From the IMG/VR virus record IMGVR_UViG_3300040811_001959: a stretch of DNA of 64,000 nt; one strand, written 5' to 3'. This stretch comes from a virus (taxonomy: Duplodnaviria; Caudoviricetes). Made by a program: the position numbers and the translations under genes. The notes beneath the pieces are model-generated. The model did no database searches. It was not told the DNA's origin and saw only the letters and a list, made by a program, of their open reading frames with translations. Below, one piece after another: positions 1 to 9,483 of the stretch (positions are counted from its first letter, which is position 1; every line of letters starts with the position of its first letter).

Positions 1-411
1 ACCATCAGCAAAATAATATCTATAATATGCTTCAAATAATCCTGTTGCAATTCCTAGATTGTCATCATGGAAAGATATGTTAATAGGATTATAGGTTAAA
101 CCTGTTTGAATATTTGCTGTTCGATTGTATTTTTTCTTTGTTTCTATCTGTGCAGAAAAACTAGGTAAATCACTTGCTTTAACCAATAGGCCAGCTTCTA
201 ACGTGTGTTTTTTCTCACTCCAGGTAGGTAAAGTTTTTTTGATGGCCGGACTAAAAGTGAAAGCTACATGATATAGGAACTTAACTTTTGGGGCTAATCT
301 AAAACTATTTTTTACAAATGTTCTGCTTGCGTGTCGCCAATCGCCTAAATTTCCCTTAGGGTTGAGCACTCCGCTTACAAGATTATCTAAAAATCCGTCA
401 AAAAGTCCCAT
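1..411 (-). CDS. Tail tube-like / baseplate tail-tube initiator or cap protein (gp54/gp48-like), N-terminal 137 aa; runs off the left edge
   Basis: Not in the ORF track. ATG at 411 opens an uninterrupted frame to base 1: MGLFDGFLDNLVSG...LAPKVKFLYHVAF...LLVKASDLPSF...ETKKKYNR...YNPINISFHDDN. The 'DLP..........YN......Y.PI.I.FHDD' pattern resembles tube-fold proteins and it follows the tube gene. Confidence 0.6.
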   Translation of the reverse strand, partial: MGLFDGFLDNLVSGVLNPKGNLGDWRHASRTFVKNSFRLAPKVKFLYHVAFTFSPAIKKTLPTWSEKKHTLEAGLLVKASDLPSFSAQIETKKKYNRTANIQTGLTYNPINISFHDDNLGIATGLFEAYYRYYFADG

Positions 412-423
412 ATTTTGTTCTTT

Positions 424-451
424 AAAAAAATAAGGAGCGAAACGCTCCTTA
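424..451 (-). terminator. Intrinsic terminator after tail tube gene
   Basis: 9-bp perfect stem TAAGGAGCG/CGCTCCTTA (431-439/443-451), 3-nt loop, followed on the minus strand by T7 (424-430). Confidence 0.8.
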
Positions 452-457
452 AATTAA

Positions 458-1084
458 TTAAGCACCGCCGCCTGTTGCAAGAGTACTTACATTTCTTGCA
501 ATAGCTGTTCCAATGCCAACTCCTTGTGGAGTTTGAATTGCATTATCATAGCGTATGTTCAAGGTAATTGTTACCGGTGCTGACTCTGCATAGTTTAAAC
601 TATTATAATTCGCACTTTCTAAGTAGCAACCAAAAAGTTCAAAAGTTTCTAAAACGGTAGGTACATTTGCTGCGTTACCGCCATCTAAGATTTCTATCAC
701 AGTTGTAAATTTGTAATCTAAACCTGATGCTGCACTTGATTGCTCATAAAAATCAAATTGTTTCTGTAATTGTTCACCTACTAAAGTTTGTACTTCATTG
801 TTAACATCTTCACGTAAGTTAATTGTAATAGGTTCCCAAGTATGTTTTCCTGCCAAGTATACCCTAGAGTTATAAACATCTAGGGTAATTTGATCAAAGG
901 ATATATTTGGTTTGGTACAATCTATCACTTGTTTTGTTAATTCAGTTGTAGGTGTTTTAACACCAAAATTATTAAACGATACTCTAAATCGATATTGTAA
1001 TTTTGGCATCAATAGCCCTTGCGATGATGCTGAATCACCGGATGCTAAGGGCACTGTCATTTTAGATAATGTTGCTATAGCCAT
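458..1084 (-). CDS. gp19: Tail tube protein (T4 gp19-like)
   Basis: 208 aa; 'PKLQYRFRV', 'YLAGKHTWEPITINLREDV', 'FGCYLESANYNSLNY', 'ITLNIRYDNA' motifs; directly downstream of the sheath; SD AGGAG. Confidence 0.85.
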   Translation of the reverse strand: MAIATLSKMTVPLASGDSASSQGLLMPKLQYRFRVSFNNFGVKTPTTELTKQVIDCTKPNISFDQITLDVYNSRVYLAGKHTWEPITINLREDVNNEVQTLVGEQLQKQFDFYEQSSAASGLDYKFTTVIEILDGGNAANVPTVLETFELFGCYLESANYNSLNYAESAPVTITLNIRYDNAIQTPQGVGIGTAIARNVSTLATGGGA

Positions 1085-1100
1085 TTAATTTGCTCCTAAT

Positions 1101-1108
1101 GTATTTAT
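1101..1108 (-). promoter_or_regulatory. T4-type late promoter-like motif ATAAATAC upstream of gp19
   Basis: Minus-strand ATAAATAC in the 30-nt sheath/tube intergenic gap, just before the SD; T4 late consensus is TATAAATA. Confidence 0.6.
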
Positions 1109-1114
1109 CCTAAA

Positions 1115-4100
1115 TTAAAGCCCGGATATTTCGCCGGTATTCTTGATTCTTAGTGGTATATAGATAAATTCAATTGCTTTTACTGGCTCTATGGCAATAT
1201 CTACATACAACTCGTTTCTATCAATTCTACTCGGAGTATTATTTGATTCATCGCATACAACTAAGAAATCATATAATGCTCTTAATCCAACAAGTTCAAG
1301 CAATAATGTTTCTACTTGTTGTTTTATTTCGTCTCTAGTAATTTTATCATTTGGCTCAAACAAGTAAGGTTTAGCTAAAACTTTCAGTTGGCCTCTTAAG
1401 TAAATGATTAATCTAGCAACATTTATCCTATCTAGCGAACTGGCTACAAGTTGTCTTGTTTTCTGTCCAAAACATACTAATCCTGCACCTGTAATAAACG
1501 TAATTGGATTAACATTATTTGAATACAATGTATCTCGCATACCTTCATTCATTGCAAGAGTTTTAAACTCGCCTTCAGCTGTAATCGTACCGCTCGATGT
1601 TGCGTTAGTAATATTACCTCTCCTTGTACCAGCAGGAGCAAACCATGGATAAGAAACTTGATCACTAAGTGCAATAGTTCTTAACATCATATGACTTGCA
1701 GGTACTACTACATTATTACCGAAATTATCACTTGTGAAACCGCTTGGATAATAAACTGCCATGTATGGGTCTGAACTTACTAACCCTACTATATTATCTT
1801 CTGCAGCACCATTAACGTTAGTTGCCCATTCATTGAGCACTGTTGCATTTGGTTCTAATCTAAAAGGCGTGTCACCAATGATAAATGCTGATAAATTTCT
1901 ATCATAATTTAGTGAATTCATTTCACCTATTAATTCTGGATATCCTGGACATGCCATTAAATTAAACAATCGTGATTCGTCATCTCTAATTTCATCATTG
2001 CTGTTTACAAGGGCTTGTAATTGTTGGACAACAACTTTACGTTGAGCAATTCTTCCAAAAGATCCACTTCCGTCAATCTGATTACCGGATTCTGTAACCC
2101 ATCTATCTGGAAAATATGTTGTATCTTCTGTTAGTCCTGTCATTGCTTCGTTGTTATATCTAATATTCTTACCAGATAATTCTAAATAATTTTTATGATA
2201 TTTTTTAACATTAAACCCGCTTCGTCTTAGATTGAATAACAACATTCCTTTTGGATATAATGCTGGATCCGGACTGTCTGGATCAACATAATCGCTTGCT
2301 AATAAATCAGCAATATCGCCTGGTTGATCACTATTCACACCTGATGTGTTGTATCTTGCATCAGCAAATAAAACGCCATCCTCTGTGGTTTGATCGGTTG
2401 TATCTAGAATGAACCATCTATTTGCTTTTGGTAGATCTGTTCTATCGTTATTATAGCGATAAATTTGAGGATACTTTTCAATATCTGATGTATCAATCCA
2501 TAAATCTCCTGTAACCAAAGCTGTATTATCGCTTTGAACTTTTGGCATAGAAGCACTGACAATTGGTCCATTTGGATCGGTTTTTTCGCTATCTACTACG
2601 GTGTAGAACGGACTTGCAGTTCCGCTCATGCCACTTGTACCGTCGTATTGATATCCTACAAATTCGCTACCGTTGTGGACAAGTATGTCAACTTCGTCAA
2701 TTATTGAACTATACCATAATGTACCGTCTGCTGTGTCTGCTACAACTTCTGTATCGCTAGCGGTATAATTTAAAACTTTCCATAAAGTAGCAGTAAAATC
2801 TAAAGGATTTGTAGACGAATCTGTCCCTGGAGAATAATATAAATTTGGAGTGCCTGTTGTTTCGTCAACGTAACCACTAAATCCAGCTGCAGTAAGCACA
2901 CCGTTAGTGTCGATGAATTTTATATCTCCTCCAAGTGTATGTGAAATTACAACTTTATTTTGAGCATTTACAGCGGCACTTAAATTTTTTATACCAGCGT
3001 CATTGATCGCATCGGCTAAAATTGTTGCATCAGATGCAGCTCCTGCATAATCTGCAGAAATTGTAACTACATCTGTGTAATCTAATGTACCTGCATCAGA
3101 CACTTGGACTGTAAATGCTTGCGCATTACCTGAAAGTTGATTTGTAATCCTTACACCAACAATTTGTGTAGGAGCTACATCATCTCTTCTATAAAATTTT
3201 ACTGTTCCAACAGGACGTGATGCATTTCCTATGTTTGTTTGAGCATACAAATCTCCAGTTAATAAGCCAAGACCTCCCTGTGATCTATCTAATGTGTACA
3301 AAGCCTCTAAATTTGAGTCATAAACTGGAATATCTTGTTGTTCCCAAATTTTTGTTCCGTCGTTCCATTTGGAAACAGAAAATGCCATTCCTTTGTTTGG
3401 ACTAGTTGTTTTTAACCATAAAGATCCTGTAGGTCTTGGATTTGCTGCAGTTGACTTATATTCAGGTACATTTGTATGCGGACCAATTTGTAACATTGGA
3501 ACATAAAATAATGCATTGCCTGTTCCTACATCAAATGAAATTCCAAGTTCGTCTAGTGGATTAATATCAGCATTTGCATTATTATGAAGCAATAGTGTTT
3601 CAATTGCTCCACCTGCGCCATTTGTTCCATCACTGTAAATTTCTAATTTACCATCAACATTTGCAGCAGATACATTTCCATTTGGATGAGCAGTAATAAT
3701 TGATGCTACTACATCGTCAACTGTATCTCCAGGATTAACTGCAATAACAACTCCATTAATTTCAAAATCTGCTGCAACAGCACCTACATCATTTGAAAAT
3801 ACCGTGTTTACTGCTGTTCCTGCAACAGTAGCCCAGCTTTTCATCCATGCATTACTACCAACTAGTACCCATTCTGTGGTGTTTCGGTAGAAAATTTTGT
3901 TTAAGGTAGTTGTTGCTACAACTGCATATGATCCAGATAATCCTACGGATTTTTTAGGAATTTCTCCTGCAAATCCATTAAGGCTAAGTGAACCTGTATT
4001 TGTTAAATTTGTTGTATCGGTAATTACAACCGGAACTTGATTTGTAAAATTTTGTCCGCCATTTAATATACTTGCCCCATTCCATTCTTGTATACCCCAT

Positions 4101-4528
4101 AACGAAATGCTTGTATCTAGCCAATACGTACCGTCGGCTGGATCTGCTCCTGGTGCTGTAGCAGACCCTTCTAATGCGCCTAAATCTACATCGGCTCTTA
4201 CAATATAGGCTCTGTTTGCTATTCCCAAATATGAATAAGCTGCTTGTAATCCATATTCATTTAATTCACCACCGTGAATAGGATTATTGTTTGTATCAGT
4301 TTTAAAAATTGGGTCTCCAAAAGTATCTACAAGATCTCTTTGAGATGTAATCAGGTACGGTGTACCAGCATTTGCTGATAAAGTTCCAGGAGCTGTACCT
4401 GTACCGGCTCCGTTTGGTTTATTTGAAGCTGTTGCTACAAAAATACAAGGTAAGGTACCAGGTGTTGCCGGAGTATAAAAACTTTCGTCAACTACTTTAA
4501 CCTCTACCCCTGGTGATACTAGTGCCAT
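1115..4528 (-). CDS. gp18: Contractile tail sheath protein (T4 gp18-like) with large internal insertion
   Basis: 1137 aa; N-term 'MALVSPGVEVKVVDES', C-term 'PWFAPAG..RG', 'LDRINVARL', 'FEPNDKITR', 'VVCDESNNTPSRIDRNELYVDIAIEPVKAIEFIYI' sheath motifs. Confidence 0.95.
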   Translation of the reverse strand: MALVSPGVEVKVVDESFYTPATPGTLPCIFVATASNKPNGAGTGTAPGTLSANAGTPYLITSQRDLVDTFGDPIFKTDTNNNPIHGGELNEYGLQAAYSYLGIANRAYIVRADVDLGALEGSATAPGADPADGTYWLDTSISLWGIQEWNGASILNGGQNFTNQVPVVITDTTNLTNTGSLSLNGFAGEIPKKSVGLSGSYAVVATTTLNKIFYRNTTEWVLVGSNAWMKSWATVAGTAVNTVFSNDVGAVAADFEINGVVIAVNPGDTVDDVVASIITAHPNGNVSAANVDGKLEIYSDGTNGAGGAIETLLLHNNANADINPLDELGISFDVGTGNALFYVPMLQIGPHTNVPEYKSTAANPRPTGSLWLKTTSPNKGMAFSVSKWNDGTKIWEQQDIPVYDSNLEALYTLDRSQGGLGLLTGDLYAQTNIGNASRPVGTVKFYRRDDVAPTQIVGVRITNQLSGNAQAFTVQVSDAGTLDYTDVVTISADYAGAASDATILADAINDAGIKNLSAAVNAQNKVVISHTLGGDIKFIDTNGVLTAAGFSGYVDETTGTPNLYYSPGTDSSTNPLDFTATLWKVLNYTASDTEVVADTADGTLWYSSIIDEVDILVHNGSEFVGYQYDGTSGMSGTASPFYTVVDSEKTDPNGPIVSASMPKVQSDNTALVTGDLWIDTSDIEKYPQIYRYNNDRTDLPKANRWFILDTTDQTTEDGVLFADARYNTSGVNSDQPGDIADLLASDYVDPDSPDPALYPKGMLLFNLRRSGFNVKKYHKNYLELSGKNIRYNNEAMTGLTEDTTYFPDRWVTESGNQIDGSGSFGRIAQRKVVVQQLQALVNSNDEIRDDESRLFNLMACPGYPELIGEMNSLNYDRNLSAFIIGDTPFRLEPNATVLNEWATNVNGAAEDNIVGLVSSDPYMAVYYPSGFTSDNFGNNVVVPASHMMLRTIALSDQVSYPWFAPAGTRRGNITNATSSGTITAEGEFKTLAMNEGMRDTLYSNNVNPITFITGAGLVCFGQKTRQLVASSLDRINVARLIIYLRGQLKVLAKPYLFEPNDKITRDEIKQQVETLLLELVGLRALYDFLVVCDESNNTPSRIDRNELYVDIAIEPVKAIEFIYIPLRIKNTGEISGL

Positions 4529-4549
4529 ATTACTTTCTCCTATTAAGGC

Positions 4550-4611
4550 TATAAATATTCTAAAAGTATTTAGCAGAATATTGGGAATTTATTGGTTTCA
4601 AAACATAAATA
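4550..4611. promoter_or_regulatory. Divergent late promoter-like cluster between sheath and HNH-like gene
   Basis: TATAAATA on + (4550-4557), CTAAATAC on - (4566-4573), CATAAATA on + (4604-4611) in a 107-nt divergent gap. Confidence 0.5.
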
Positions 4612-4635
4612 GGAAAGGGGCAAAAAGGTGAGCTA

Positions 4636-4974
4636 ATGAGACCATTATGTATCTGTGGTATACGACCAGCAGCAATTAATTATAGAAAAAACAACAAAAC
4701 TTATTATAGAAAAAAATGTGAGATTTGTTTAAAAACGGATGAGGTAGCTGTCGGTATTCCGTTATGGCAAATTAATGGATATACAAAAAAAAATTACTGT
4801 GAAAAATGTAAATTTTCTAGCCATTACCAAGAACAATTTAACGTTTATCATATTGATGGTAATTTGCGAAATTGTAAATTTTCTAATTTAAAAACTATCT
4901 GTGCAAATTGTCAAAGAATTTTGTCTAAAGAGGGATTAAAGTGGAAACAAGGCGATTTAATACCGGATTTTTAA
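4636..4974 (+). CDS. Small zinc-finger / HNH endonuclease-like protein
   Basis: 112 aa; Cys pairs CxC, CxxC, CxxC, CxxC; 'VYHIDGNLRNCKFSNLKTICANCQ' HNH-like motif, terminal His position is Gln. Confidence 0.65.
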   Translation: MRPLCICGIRPAAINYRKNNKTYYRKKCEICLKTDEVAVGIPLWQINGYTKKNYCEKCKFSSHYQEQFNVYHIDGNLRNCKFSNLKTICANCQRILSKEGLKWKQGDLIPDF

Positions 4975-5729
4975 CCTATAATAAATCCATAGCCGGTTCC
5001 ACCTGCAACTGCTGTAGAAATTTCTTGTTCTAATTTTTCCATTTCTGCCTGCGCTTCGCTTTTTAATGCATCACCATTAAGTTGTCCTCCGCCTTGGGGA
5101 CCTGCGATTGTAGCAAATTTAGATCTTGCTTCTCCTAACATCATTTTACTAATAGCTAATGCATAATCTCTAATCCATACTTTTGCCATGTAATCACTTA
5201 ATAATTGATCATCTGGTCTATAGTTATAGCATTCAAGTAATAAAGTTTCTTCTGCTCTAGGACGTTGGAGTATTGTTAAGACATGTCTTGTCCTGTTCCA
5301 ATTAAATTCTATAAAAGATCCAAACATCCTGCCTACAAGTTCTTGGAATTGACTAAAAAAATCGTAAGTTGCTAATCCACCTAAATTAGAACTTGCAAGT
5401 AAATATGTGTTAGTGTATGCTAGGTTAAATGGTTCAAATATACTGCCACCGTCGCCGCCACCTGTTCGAGAGCCTATACTACGTCTAAATATTCGGCGCA
5501 CTTCTAAAATTTCTTTTGGTAAGGTGTAGGTATTCTGATCTACAATTGTTGGCATAAAAAAATAACTTTCTTCTGTGCTATTTTCAGTTCGTTGCCTATA
5601 TCTTGATAATGCTTTATCCAAAGCAGTTTCATAATGTACAGGATCAAGTTCTACATCTACCATTCCTCCGCCTAGCATGTTGTGAATGTAATCGTAAACT
5701 TCTTGTCTCAATGTAGCTATTTCAGTCAT
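4971..5729 (-). CDS. gp13: Neck / head-tail adaptor protein (T4 gp13-like)
   Basis: 252 aa; 'MLGGGMVDVELDP', 'WIRDYALA..K..LGEARSKF..I.GPQGG..LNG..L..EA..E...LE.E' gp13 pattern; adjacent to gp14/gp15. Confidence 0.85.
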   Translation of the reverse strand: MTEIATLRQEVYDYIHNMLGGGMVDVELDPVHYETALDKALSRYRQRTENSTEESYFFMPTIVDQNTYTLPKEILEVRRIFRRSIGSRTGGGDGGSIFEPFNLAYTNTYLLASSNLGGLATYDFFSQFQELVGRMFGSFIEFNWNRTRHVLTILQRPRAEETLLLECYNYRPDDQLLSDYMAKVWIRDYALAISKMMLGEARSKFATIAGPQGGGQLNGDALKSEAQAEMEKLEQEISTAVAGGTGYGFIIG

Positions 5730-5743
5730 ATTTTTATGTCTCC

Positions 5744-5774
5744 TATAGTATTTATCGACTCGATAAATACTATA
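5744..5774. promoter_or_regulatory. Palindromic back-to-back late promoter pair for gp13 and gp14
   Basis: 14-bp perfect inverted repeat TATAGTATTTATCG-act-CGATAAATACTATA; each arm carries ATAAATAC pointing outward. Confidence 0.7.
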
Positions 5775-6940
5775 TGCCTAGAATATCTTTATACAAACCC
5801 AGTAAAGGGAACGATTACAATTTTATAGATGCAAGAATATTTGAAATGTTTACTGTTGGCGGAACAGATGTAAATATCCACAAATATTTAGGACCAAAAA
5901 ATCCAACTGAGGAAGATGCAACTGCAGATATTCCTCGTTATGATGCTATAACTGAAACTAACATACAAGATTTATTATTTTTAGAAAATAGAGATAGGAA
6001 ATATGATCCGGATATCTATACAATTAGAGGAATTTATAGCGTTCAAGATATTGATTTTAATTTAAGTCAATTTGGATTATTTTTAAACAATGACACTTTG
6101 TTTATGACTATTCATATTAATAGTTCAGTAAAAACAATAGGTCGAAAAATAATGAGTGGAGATGTAATTGAATTGCCTCATATGAAAGATGAATATGCGG
6201 CAAACGATTTTCATGTTGCACTTAAGAGTTATTATGTTGTAGAAGAAGTTAGTAGAGCAGCAGAAGGATATAGTCCTACATGGTATCCGCATTTGTATAG
6301 ATTAAAATGTAAACAAATTGTCGATAGTCAAGAATTTAAAGAAATACTTGATTTACCAATGGACGAAGAAGTTCCTGCAGCAGGTAGTCTACGAGACTTA
6401 TTATCAACATATGAAAAAGACATGCAAGTTAATAATGCAGTAATTGCACAGGCAGAAGCTGATGCAAAGAAAAGTGGTTACGAAACTGGACATTATTTTA
6501 CATTGCAAACAAATGACGAAGGTAGGGTAGAGTTAGTTACAGCTGATTTAACAGAATTAGATGCAAGTGTTGCAAATGAATTGGCTGATAGAGTTATGCA
6601 AACTCCAGAAAGGACAGGCTATACTGGTTATTTACTTGGTGATGGAATAGCCCCTAATGGTGAAATTTTTGGTCATGGTACTCTTTTTCCTGAAGGTAGT
6701 GTAACAGGAGATTATTTTTTAAGGACAGATATGGTTCCTAATAGATTATTTAGATACGACGGAAGACGCTGGATTAAAATGGAAGATAATGTTCGTATGA
6801 CAATGACTCAAACCAATGATAGAAGTACGCAAAAAGGCACGTTTATTAATAATACAAATGTTACAACTGTCGCCGGCGAGTCTGTGCCTGAAAGACAGAG
6901 TGTAAGTAAAGCTCTTAAGGCTAAAACCGATAATGTGTAA
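5774..6940 (+). CDS. gp14: Neck / head-closure protein (T4 gp14-like) with C-terminal extension
   Basis: 388 aa; 'FLENRDRKYD', 'DFNLSQFGLF..ND..F.T.H', 'GDVIELP', 'YVVEEV......Y.P..Y.L.C'; position between gp13 and gp15. Confidence 0.75.
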   Translation: MPRISLYKPSKGNDYNFIDARIFEMFTVGGTDVNIHKYLGPKNPTEEDATADIPRYDAITETNIQDLLFLENRDRKYDPDIYTIRGIYSVQDIDFNLSQFGLFLNNDTLFMTIHINSSVKTIGRKIMSGDVIELPHMKDEYAANDFHVALKSYYVVEEVSRAAEGYSPTWYPHLYRLKCKQIVDSQEFKEILDLPMDEEVPAAGSLRDLLSTYEKDMQVNNAVIAQAEADAKKSGYETGHYFTLQTNDEGRVELVTADLTELDASVANELADRVMQTPERTGYTGYLLGDGIAPNGEIFGHGTLFPEGSVTGDYFLRTDMVPNRLFRYDGRRWIKMEDNVRMTMTQTNDRSTQKGTFINNTNVTTVAGESVPERQSVSKALKAKTDNV

Positions 6941-6948
6941 GGTGAACA

Positions 6949-8415
6949 ATGCAACATTTTTATGATGGTCAAATAAGAAGATACATAACTCAAATTGTTA
7001 GGATGTTGAGTAATTTTAGTCATAAAGATATTGAAGGAAATTTAAAAACTATTCCTGTAGTTTACGGAGATCTGGCTAGGCAAGTTGGATCTATCCTTAA
7101 AGATAATTCTGAATTAAAAATTATAGGAGCGCCTAAAATTTCAGTTTACATAACTGGTTTAGAATTAGATAGATCTAGATTATCTGATAGTAGCTTTGTA
7201 AGTAAAGTTAATATTAGAGAACGAGCATATGATTCTAATAACGAAGAATATTTAAACATGCAAGGAAAAAATTATACAGTTGAAAGATTAATGCCAACTC
7301 CATATAATTTATCAATTAATGCAGATATTTGGTCAACAAACACAGACCAAAAATTACAAATCTTAGAGCAAATTCTTATGTTGTTTAATCCAAGTTTAGA
7401 AATACAAACAACAGATAATTTTGTAGATTGGACGAGTTTAAGTGTAGTTAATTTAGAAAATATAACTTTCAGTAGTAGGAGTATAGGAACAAGTACAGAA
7501 AGTGAAATAGATATAGCAACTTTAGGATTTAGTACTCCTATATACATTTCACCTCCTGCTAAAGTTAAAAAACTCGGCATTATCCATACAATTATTACAA
7601 GTATTTTTAATGAATCTTACGGTAACGTAGATTTACATCAAACAATGCCAGAATTATTAGCTTACGCAGATAGTAGATATAAATCAGATGCTATCCATAA
7701 AACAGGTATTAACGAAGACGGAACAACAGTAGACGAATTCGGAAATTTAGTTGCAACAAGACCTGATACTGATGCAGTGATTGCCACCACGTATAAGGAT
7801 TATGATTTGTTTGTAATGAATGATACATTAAAATTAATACCAAATACTGCTTCTGCAAAATCAGTTACCTGGAAAGAATATCTAGATGCTTATCCTGATA
7901 TTTTTAATCCTGGCATCTCAGAGATACATTTGTATAGGAATGATTTAGATACAGATATTGTAGGAAGTATTACAATTAGTTCATTAGATGATTTTATTAT
8001 GAGTGTTAATTGGGATTATGATACTTTACCAAGTGATACTATCATATCAGGTCCTACAGGTGATAAAACAAAGATCGACTACATTATTGATCCCATAAAA
8101 ACTAATCCAACTAATTTAAAAACTGTTGGACTAAGGTTATTGCTACTAGATACAAATATTGGAAATACTAATAACACAGACGGTGCTGATGCATGGAAAA
8201 ATGACAACGGAACCGATTTTATAGCAGGAGCAAATGACATTATAGAATGGGACGGAAATACATGGCATGTGGTATTTGATTCAAGTGAACACGGAAATGA
8301 AATAGTGTATACTACTAATTTAAACACAAATATACAATACAAATTTATTAACAATGAATGGATCTTATCGTTTGAAGGCGAATATCCACATGGTTCATGG
8401 AGGATAAATTTTTAA
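6949..8415 (+). CDS. gp15: Tail sheath stabiliser / tail terminator (T4 gp15-like) with C-terminal extension
   Basis: 488 aa; 'FYDGQIRRYI', 'IPVVYG', 'MPTPYNL', 'LQILEQIL.LFNPS' motifs of the gp15 family. Confidence 0.8.
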   Translation: MQHFYDGQIRRYITQIVRMLSNFSHKDIEGNLKTIPVVYGDLARQVGSILKDNSELKIIGAPKISVYITGLELDRSRLSDSSFVSKVNIRERAYDSNNEEYLNMQGKNYTVERLMPTPYNLSINADIWSTNTDQKLQILEQILMLFNPSLEIQTTDNFVDWTSLSVVNLENITFSSRSIGTSTESEIDIATLGFSTPIYISPPAKVKKLGIIHTIITSIFNESYGNVDLHQTMPELLAYADSRYKSDAIHKTGINEDGTTVDEFGNLVATRPDTDAVIATTYKDYDLFVMNDTLKLIPNTASAKSVTWKEYLDAYPDIFNPGISEIHLYRNDLDTDIVGSITISSLDDFIMSVNWDYDTLPSDTIISGPTGDKTKIDYIIDPIKTNPTNLKTVGLRLLLLDTNIGNTNNTDGADAWKNDNGTDFIAGANDIIEWDGNTWHVVFDSSEHGNEIVYTTNLNTNIQYKFINNEWILSFEGEYPHGSWRINF

Positions 8416-8428
8416 GATAACTATTTTT

Positions 8429-8866
8429 ATGAAAGAAATAGTTTGTAGTGGGGCGCTAATTTACAGTAAAAAAGAAAAAAGGTTTTTATTTTTGCATAGG
8501 ACAAAAGGCAAAAATAAAAACTTTTGGGGGTTAGTGGGTGGTATTACCGAAAAAGAAGAAACTCCTTGGACTGGCTTGCAAAGAGAAATTGTTGAAGAAA
8601 TTGGTCCTATTAGTATTTGTAAAAGTATACCATTAGAAACTTTTGTAAGTAATGACAATCATTTTCATTTTTATACCTATCTCTGTTTAGTAGAAGAAGA
8701 ATTTATTCCGCAATTAAACGATGAACATGATGGGTATGCATGGACATCATTATCAAAATGGCCTAGACCGCTACATCCTGGTCTTAGAAATACCTTAAGT
8801 GTTAAAATTAATCAAGTAAAATTAGAAACAGTAATTAAATTATTAGATTTATTAGCAAGTACCTAA
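8429..8866 (+). CDS. NUDIX hydrolase
   Basis: 145 aa; canonical Nudix box G-x5-E-x7-REIVEEIG; 'LNDEHDGYAW'. Confidence 0.9.
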   Translation: MKEIVCSGALIYSKKEKRFLFLHRTKGKNKNFWGLVGGITEKEETPWTGLQREIVEEIGPISICKSIPLETFVSNDNHFHFYTYLCLVEEEFIPQLNDEHDGYAWTSLSKWPRPLHPGLRNTLSVKINQVKLETVIKLLDLLAST

Positions 8867-9453
8867 ACCTTTAACTGTGTCATTGACTGGTTGTTTACTA
8901 TTCCTCTGATAAAAGTATTAAAAGATAAACTAATCCTAGGTAAATCTGATACATTTGGCGTAACTAGATGTTCTAAATTGCTAGGAAAAATTAATATTGT
9001 TCCCGGATCAGGGCAAAAAGTCATAGATTTAGCATTAAATAAATTTGGAGTTTCAATTTCATATTCAAGAGTTTGATATTGTCCAGTGATAAAATTTAAT
9101 AATCCAGTATCTTTATCGGCCTGTAATATAACTATACCTGAATAAACAGAATTAGGATGCCAATGTCTATGGTGCATTTGATCTCTAATAGATTTGTTAA
9201 GCCAACTTTCTGTTATATAAATTTCAGTCTGTTTTTTGACACTTAAAACATCATAAAAATAATCTTGTAAAGAAAGCATTACTTGCTCTTTGAGTATTGA
9301 AAATTCTGGCATTTCTAACACGTCGGTGCTCGTGCTTATAAAATTGTTATAATTTTCTGCCCATACAATATTATCAAGATTGACACTATCTATATCTATA
9401 CGTCCCTCGTATAATGGTTGGCTAAAAAGCGGATGAATACCTAATTCATTCAT
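8863..9453 (-). CDS. 2OG-Fe(II) oxygenase-like protein (TIGR02466 type)
   Basis: 196 aa; 'SWLN', 'HWHPNSVYSG', 'LIFPSNLEHLVTPN....RISLSFN'. Confidence 0.8.
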   Translation of the reverse strand: MNELGIHPLFSQPLYEGRIDIDSVNLDNIVWAENYNNFISTSTDVLEMPEFSILKEQVMLSLQDYFYDVLSVKKQTEIYITESWLNKSIRDQMHHRHWHPNSVYSGIVILQADKDTGLLNFITGQYQTLEYEIETPNLFNAKSMTFCPDPGTILIFPSNLEHLVTPNVSDLPRISLSFNTFIRGIVNNQSMTQLKV

Positions 9454-9469
9454 ATTGTTTTCCTTTTAT

Positions 9470-9477
9470 TATATATA
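9470..9477. promoter_or_regulatory. Palindromic TATATATA, candidate bidirectional late promoter variant
   Basis: One mismatch to TATAAATA on both strands, in the 30-nt divergent gap between 9453(-) and 9484(+). The AT-rich context makes chance plausible. Confidence 0.3.
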
Positions 9478-9483
9478 CTTTAT

